Part shown: piece by piece, positions 59,349-64,000 of the stretch
Layout: each line of letters begins with the position of its first letter
How positions within the stretch are numbered: position 1 is the first letter of the stretch
Notes under the pieces: model-generated
What the model was told of the DNA's origin: nothing
The model's database searches: none
Seen by the model: the letters and a program-made list of their open reading frames with translations, nothing else
Made by a program: the position numbers and the translations under genes
DNA from: an uncultured Eubacteriales bacterium
GTDB taxonomy: Bacteria; Bacillota; Clostridia; Lachnospirales; Lachnospiraceae
Assembly: GCA_900545175.1 (NCBI GenBank)
Contig: UQYF01000005.1
Span: 29,890 to 93,889, forward strand
Reading direction: 5' to 3'
Length of the DNA: 64,000 nt

Positions 59349-61133
59349 ATGTATAATCGTATTTCTGATATGCATGATGACAGTAGCAGCATGAAGTTTG
59401 CCAAGGCAGTTTTACAAAAAGATTTTGTTATATTGAATGCGGAGGAAGCCCTATATAGTTTTTTGGGTAAGAACTCCGCATCTTTTTTCAATAAGCTTAT
59501 TCATCCTGATTACGAAGAGGAATTCCTTTTGGCATGCCATGGGATGAAGCCGGGAGAGAAGTATAGCATAATAACACTTATGCGTAACATGAATGATGAG
59601 TATTGTCCTGTTGATATACATATTAACATGTCCATGCCGATGGAAAATAATGACTGTTTTTATACAGTTGATATATATTGCATTGATATGATTGAGACAT
59701 CATTCCTGACTAATCAGCAGAAGATGGATAAGTATAGAATGTTCATGGAGATAAGTGGACTTGTATATATGGAATTCTGGCCGGAGACAGGAAGAATTGT
59801 TTTTTATGACTATGCAGTGAGAAAATCACATATCCTATATGAGAATAATATTGAAAAATGGTATAAGGATGTATTACAGTTCGCCATAGATAAAGGAAGC
59901 AATAAGGCTGAGATACAGAATCTGTATAATAGGCTTAAGAATCTTGAAAATCAGTTTTTGTGCACAATAAAGACAGGCTTTATGAATGAAGGGCATGTCC
60001 CGGAGACTTTGGTTATCAATGCAAGATATATTTCAAGACATAATGCGGACGTTATAGTGGGGATTGTGAACAGGAAAGACATAACGGACGATGACATTCC
60101 ATACTATCTTACGAAGGCAGGAAAGGATGCAGCGACAGGGCTTTTAAATAAGCGTGCTCTTATAGAGTATGCAACAGACAGGCTGGCAGATGCATGCGAT
60201 AATAAGCTGTATATGATACTTATAGACATAGATGACTTTAAGAGTATCAATGACACCTATGGTCATCTTATGGGAGATAAGGCGATAATTGTTCTTGCAG
60301 AGTCACTTACGGAGGCTCTTGATGGAAGAGGTGTTGTCGGAAGGTTTGGCGGAGATGAATTTTTTATTTTGACTGAGGACATTCCTGATGAACAGCAGCT
60401 TAGACTATTCTTAAAAGCAATGTTGTCACAGCTTCGCTATAATCAGGTTAAGAAGCTTAAGAATGTGCGTTTTACACTTTCGATGGGAATATCGCAATAT
60501 CCTCAGGCGGGAAATAGGTTTGACGACTTGTTCAAGCTTGCAGATAAGGCATTATATATTGCAAAAGATAAAGGCAAGAACAGGTATATCATATACAGGC
60601 CGCAGCTTCACGACTCGATAGATGTCATAGGAAGGCAGACTGAGACGGGCGGTTATCCTGTATACATTAAGGCACTTAAGGATGTCGTGAGAAATATTAT
60701 TGTCAATAAATGCAATGATATAAAAGCAATTCTAGAGGAGATTAAGAAAGCATTCAGTCTCGGTGCGGCAGCTGTGTACGGCATGACAGATTATAAAGCT
60801 ATAGTCTATACGGATGGATGTCCGGAAGGACTTTTGGATGTGGCTTTTATGGGAAGTGATTCGTACAAGGCACTTTTAGCAGTGGATAATGTGCTTGTTC
60901 TCAATAATTTAAGCTCGATTGAACGCGAGGATGAGAGCATATACACAAAGCTTGCGTCAACCGGCTGCTGCTCATATATAAGCATACAGCTTCCCGAAGC
61001 GCAAATGCCGGAGTATATCATAGCATTTTATATGTTCGGGATGAAACATAAGTGGGGAAATGTCGAGATTGACTATCTTACAATCCTTGCGGAAGCTATA
61101 TACAGCGCTCTTAAGAACGATAAACAGAAATAA
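59349..61133 (+). CDS. Diguanylate cyclase (GGDEF domain) with N-terminal sensory (PAS/GAF-like) regions
   Basis: RFGGDEFFIL active-site motif, inhibitory-site-like RxxD upstream. Confidence 0.8.
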   Translation: MYNRISDMHDDSSSMKFAKAVLQKDFVILNAEEALYSFLGKNSASFFNKLIHPDYEEEFLLACHGMKPGEKYSIITLMRNMNDEYCPVDIHINMSMPMENNDCFYTVDIYCIDMIETSFLTNQQKMDKYRMFMEISGLVYMEFWPETGRIVFYDYAVRKSHILYENNIEKWYKDVLQFAIDKGSNKAEIQNLYNRLKNLENQFLCTIKTGFMNEGHVPETLVINARYISRHNADVIVGIVNRKDITDDDIPYYLTKAGKDAATGLLNKRALIEYATDRLADACDNKLYMILIDIDDFKSINDTYGHLMGDKAIIVLAESLTEALDGRGVVGRFGGDEFFILTEDIPDEQQLRLFLKAMLSQLRYNQVKKLKNVRFTLSMGISQYPQAGNRFDDLFKLADKALYIAKDKGKNRYIIYRPQLHDSIDVIGRQTETGGYPVYIKALKDVVRNIIVNKCNDIKAILEEIKKAFSLGAAAVYGMTDYKAIVYTDGCPEGLLDVAFMGSDSYKALLAVDNVLVLNNLSSIEREDESIYTKLASTGCCSYISIQLPEAQMPEYIIAFYMFGMKHKWGNVEIDYLTILAEAIYSALKNDKQK

Positions 61134-61173
61134 TATTTATGATGCAATTAGCCGGCATAAGTTATGCAAAATT

Positions 61174-61228
61174 AAAGCTGTCACTATTGGACAAGAAATG
61201 TTCAAAGTGACAGCTTTTATAATTTTTA
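61174..61228. terminator. Bidirectional terminator between the GGDEF gene and pyrI
   Basis: AAGCTGTCACT...AGTGACAGCTT followed by TTATAATTTTT. Confidence 0.5.
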
Positions 61229-61298
61229 TAAGTATTCAAGCCTTCTGCATGTAAGAAATGTGAAGCTTAAATGGTTAAGCACAAATGTAAAGCTGCAA

Positions 61299-61727
61299 TT
61301 ACAGCTTGGTATATTTTTCTTCGCAGTATTTGCAGCGGTATACCTGCTTTTCTTCATCGGTCAGGTAGAATACCTGGTCAAGTTCCTGTTCGATAGAAGT
61401 GATACATCTTGGGTTCTTACACTTGATTATGTTGGTGACGGTTTTTGGAAGTGTCAGCTCCTTTTTCTCGACAATTTCACCGTTCTTTATTATGTTGACA
61501 GTGATATTGTGGTCTATAAAGCCTAATATGTCGAGGTCAACAAGGTCTAAGCCGCCGTCAATCTTTATAATGTCTTTCTTGCCCATCTTTTTGCTCTTGG
61601 CATTTTTTATGATAGCAACACAGCAGTCAAGCTTGTCAAGACCGAGCGACCGGTATATATCCATGCAGCGTCCGGCTTTTATGTGGTCGAGTACGAAGCC
61701 TTCGGTAAGTTTTCCTACATTTAACAT
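61299..61727 (-). CDS. pyrI: Aspartate carbamoyltransferase regulatory subunit
   Basis: Allosteric domain plus C-terminal Zn-binding CxxC...CxxC (CKNPRC...CKYC). Confidence 0.85.
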   Translation of the reverse strand: MLNVGKLTEGFVLDHIKAGRCMDIYRSLGLDKLDCCVAIIKNAKSKKMGKKDIIKIDGGLDLVDLDILGFIDHNITVNIIKNGEIVEKKELTLPKTVTNIIKCKNPRCITSIEQELDQVFYLTDEEKQVYRCKYCEEKYTKL

Positions 61728-61770
61728 GATTTAATCTCCATTCTGCCGCATACTTACGGCACAAGTTCTT

Positions 61771-62703
61771 TTACTGGTTCTTGAAATCAGGAATCATATC
61801 CAACAGGTACATTATAAGAGCCATTCTCACATATACGCCATACTGTGCCTGTTTGAAATAGGCTGCTCTTGGGTCGTCATCAACTTCAACGGATATCTCA
61901 TTTACCCTTGGGAGCGGATGGAGCACTATCATGTCATCCTTGGCGAGAGCCATCTTCTCACGGGTGAGTATGTAGTAGTCCTTCATTCGGAGATATTCCT
62001 CCTCATTGAAGAAGCGCTCACGCTGGACTCTTGTCATATAGAGAATATCAAGCTTTGGCATAACTTCGTCAAGACTTGTAACTTCCTCAAAATCAATGCC
62101 GTTTGCACACAGGACATCCTCTCTGATGTAATCAGGCACACAAAGCTCCTTAGGTGAGATGAGTATAAAATGAATATTGTTATATCTTACAAGGGAATTG
62201 ATGAGAGAATGAACCGTCCGTCCGAATTTTAAGTCTCCGCAAAGACCTATGGTCAGACCGTCAAAATGACCCTTCAGAGCACGGATTGTCATGAGATCGG
62301 TAAGTGTCTGTGTAGGGTGCTGATGACCACCATCACCTGCATTGATTACAGGGATTCTTGAATGCATTGAAGCAACTAACGGAGCACCTTCTTTAGGATG
62401 TCTCATTGCACATATATCTGCATAGCATGATATAACACGTATTGTATCGGCAACGCTTTCACCTTTTGAAGCGGAGCTTGAATCTGCGGATGAAAATCCT
62501 AGAACGGAGCCGCCGAGATTAAGCATAGCAGCCTCAAAGCTAAGACGTGTGCGGGTGCTTGGTTCATAGAAGAGTGTGGCTAACTTTTTGCCGGTCATAA
62601 CATGAGAATACTTTGCCGGATCGGATGCTATGTCGGCGGCAACGTCAAGAAGCTTGTCCAATTCTTCAACGGATAAGTCGAGCGGACTTAACAGATGTTT
62701 CAT
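61771..62703 (-). CDS. pyrB: Aspartate carbamoyltransferase catalytic subunit
   Basis: STRTR motif ([11 protein letters not shown]), HPTQ motif (HQHPTQTL), HPLP motif. Confidence 0.9.
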   Translation of the reverse strand: MKHLLSPLDLSVEELDKLLDVAADIASDPAKYSHVMTGKKLATLFYEPSTRTRLSFEAAMLNLGGSVLGFSSADSSSASKGESVADTIRVISCYADICAMRHPKEGAPLVASMHSRIPVINAGDGGHQHPTQTLTDLMTIRALKGHFDGLTIGLCGDLKFGRTVHSLINSLVRYNNIHFILISPKELCVPDYIREDVLCANGIDFEEVTSLDEVMPKLDILYMTRVQRERFFNEEEYLRMKDYYILTREKMALAKDDMIVLHPLPRVNEISVEVDDDPRAAYFKQAQYGVYVRMALIMYLLDMIPDFKNQ

Positions 62704-62846
62704 AACACTTTCCTCCTGAATAAATTATTATACAACTATTATATGCGTCACAAAACGCTTTTCAAATTATTATACATTTTTTAAAACAGGACTACAATAT
62801 GTTTTTTTGTATTTAATAAAAAATTTAAAGTAGTACTAAAAGCTCT

Positions 62847-62874
62847 TTGACATAAATAAAAAAGATGTTAATAT
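62847..62874 (+). promoter_or_regulatory. sigma-A type promoter TTGACA-N16-TAATAT
   Basis: Read directly. Confidence 0.5.
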
Positions 62875-62912
62875 GTTAGAGTGTTGATATATTAAATCAA
62901 AGGAGAGAAATT

Positions 62913-64000
62913 ATGAAAAAAATTAAAAAAATTCTGGCGGTTATGCTTGTGCTTGCTATGAGTATGGCTCTCGCTGCAGGATGCAGCAGCAAGTCAAAGC
63001 AGACGATGTTCAGCATTATGAAGGATGCAGGCACAATGACACATTATTCATATGATGTTGATATGAAGCTTGAATCAAGCATAAGCGGACTTGAAAATCT
63101 CGCACTCAAATTTACAGGCAAGACTGATGGGGAAGCCATGACAATGGGAGTGAAGGTAAGCTATTCATTCGTAACTGTTGATGTGGATGATTTCATCACT
63201 GTGACGAAGGATGCGATGTATGTTGATGTGCAGACATTGTTTGAGAAGCTTGCACCGATGCTTTTAGGGTCATCATATTCACTTGACGACTTTGAGAGTG
63301 AGTTCGGTGTTGAGTTAAAGTGCATTAAGGTTCCACTTGTTGAAGGATTGGTTAACTTAAGCAGCAGCGAAGAACTTGTAAATACATATGTATCAATTCT
63401 TGAGAGTGCATTTAAGGATATAAAGATTACAGATGAGAAGGGTACATTCACAGCTTCCGTAGATGGCGCTACAGAGCTTTCAAAGGTTGCAGATGCATTT
63501 ATAACAGCACTTCTTGACAATCAGGATACACTTCTTGCTGAGCTTGATAAGAATTCTGTTAGCGAAGCTAAGATTAAAGAGCTCTTTAACATCTATGTGG
63601 ATGAAGTTGTAAAGGGTATCGAAAAGTTCAACACAGATTATTCAATGGGACTTACAGACAGTGATATTGCTGACTTAAAGACAGAGGCAGCGGATGCCAT
63701 TGATGATGTATTAGCAGATGCAGATTTTGAAAATACAAGCGATGTTTACAAGGAAGCTTTTGATGAGCTTAAGAACAGCAAGGACGATGTAGTAAGTGAA
63801 ATAGCTGATTATAAGGATGGCACAGCTAGGTTTGATATAACTAACAACCTTACAGGAAAAGAAGGCAGCAGAGTATATACCTGCACATTTGATTTGACGG
63901 CAGAGAATACCAATACGGATGAGGACATCCAGCTCAATATCAATTCTGTAATGACAGAGGATAACAATATATCGGTAACTGTACCTGAGAGTTTTACGGA
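62913..64000 (+). CDS. Hypothetical lipoprotein, 5' portion (continues beyond the window end)
   Basis: GGAGAG RBS; signal peptide plus lipobox LAAGCSS; frame open for the remaining 1088 nt of the window (it was omitted from the ORF track only because no stop is reached). Confidence 0.6.
   Translation, partial: MKKIKKILAVMLVLAMSMALAAGCSSKSKQTMFSIMKDAGTMTHYSYDVDMKLESSISGLENLALKFTGKTDGEAMTMGVKVSYSFVTVDVDDFITVTKDAMYVDVQTLFEKLAPMLLGSSYSLDDFESEFGVELKCIKVPLVEGLVNLSSSEELVNTYVSILESAFKDIKITDEKGTFTASVDGATELSKVADAFITALLDNQDTLLAELDKNSVSEAKIKELFNIYVDEVVKGIEKFNTDYSMGLTDSDIADLKTEAADAIDDVLADADFENTSDVYKEAFDELKNSKDDVVSEIADYKDGTARFDITNNLTGKEGSRVYTCTFDLTAENTNTDEDIQLNINSVMTEDNNISVTVPESFT

Noticed and set aside
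63161-63520. 119-aa minus-strand ORF
   Set aside because: It is antisense to the open + strand lipoprotein reading frame, which has an RBS and signal peptide and runs to the window end.

Overview
Mostly +-strand, gene-dense chromosomal segment that looks like a low-GC Firmicutes (Clostridia/Lachnospiraceae-like) genome. Evidence is AGGAGG-type RBSs, TTGACA-N17-TATAAT promoters, a T-box leader and a type-B RNase P RNA. In order, the window holds: an MBOAT C-terminal fragment; an amino-acid ABC importer (SBP, two permeases, ATPase); an ammonium transporter fused to a P-II (GlnK-like) domain; a D-2-hydroxyacid dehydrogenase; a MATE exporter; a HisC-like aminotransferase; a T-box leader plus tyrS; PadR plus a DUF1700/DUF4097 protein; a heterodimeric ABC exporter pair; a CDP-alcohol phosphatidyltransferase fused to a PLD/HKD domain; GH2 beta-galactosidase; a conserved two-gene module containing the GGGtGRT protein; a PepE-like peptidase; an Asn-rich low-complexity membrane protein; two minus-strand membrane proteins; an XRE regulator, UDP-xylose synthase, Wzx-like flippase and GalM; split MetH (activation-domain protein plus 809-aa core); an HD 5'-nucleotidase; topoisomerase III; an LbH protein; DegV; a DUF815 ATPase; GH53 galactanase; a LacI regulator divergent from an oligosaccharide ABC importer followed by GH13 and MalQ; the dnaG-sigA-trmK operon plus a Udk-like P-loop protein; rnpB; a GGDEF protein; pyrBI on the minus strand; and a lipoprotein running off the window end. 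No transposase, integrase, CRISPR array, tRNA or rRNA was seen. The most unusual signals are non-coding: (1) a recurrent intergenic motif GCGGATTGYGAA (4 copies, two embedded in ~60-nt homologous elements), (2) a 440-bp intergenic block before the LbH gene full of repeated CATGATATAATGAGC-like motifs and small hairpins, (3) a 69-nt composite palindrome, (4) a helically phased (GTAACTAACA)5 repeat in a 3' UTR, and (5) an orphan consensus promoter-terminator pair (candidate sRNA). The protein-level oddities are the two domain fusions (Amt-PII, PgsA-PLD) and the highly codon-biased GGGtGRT pair.
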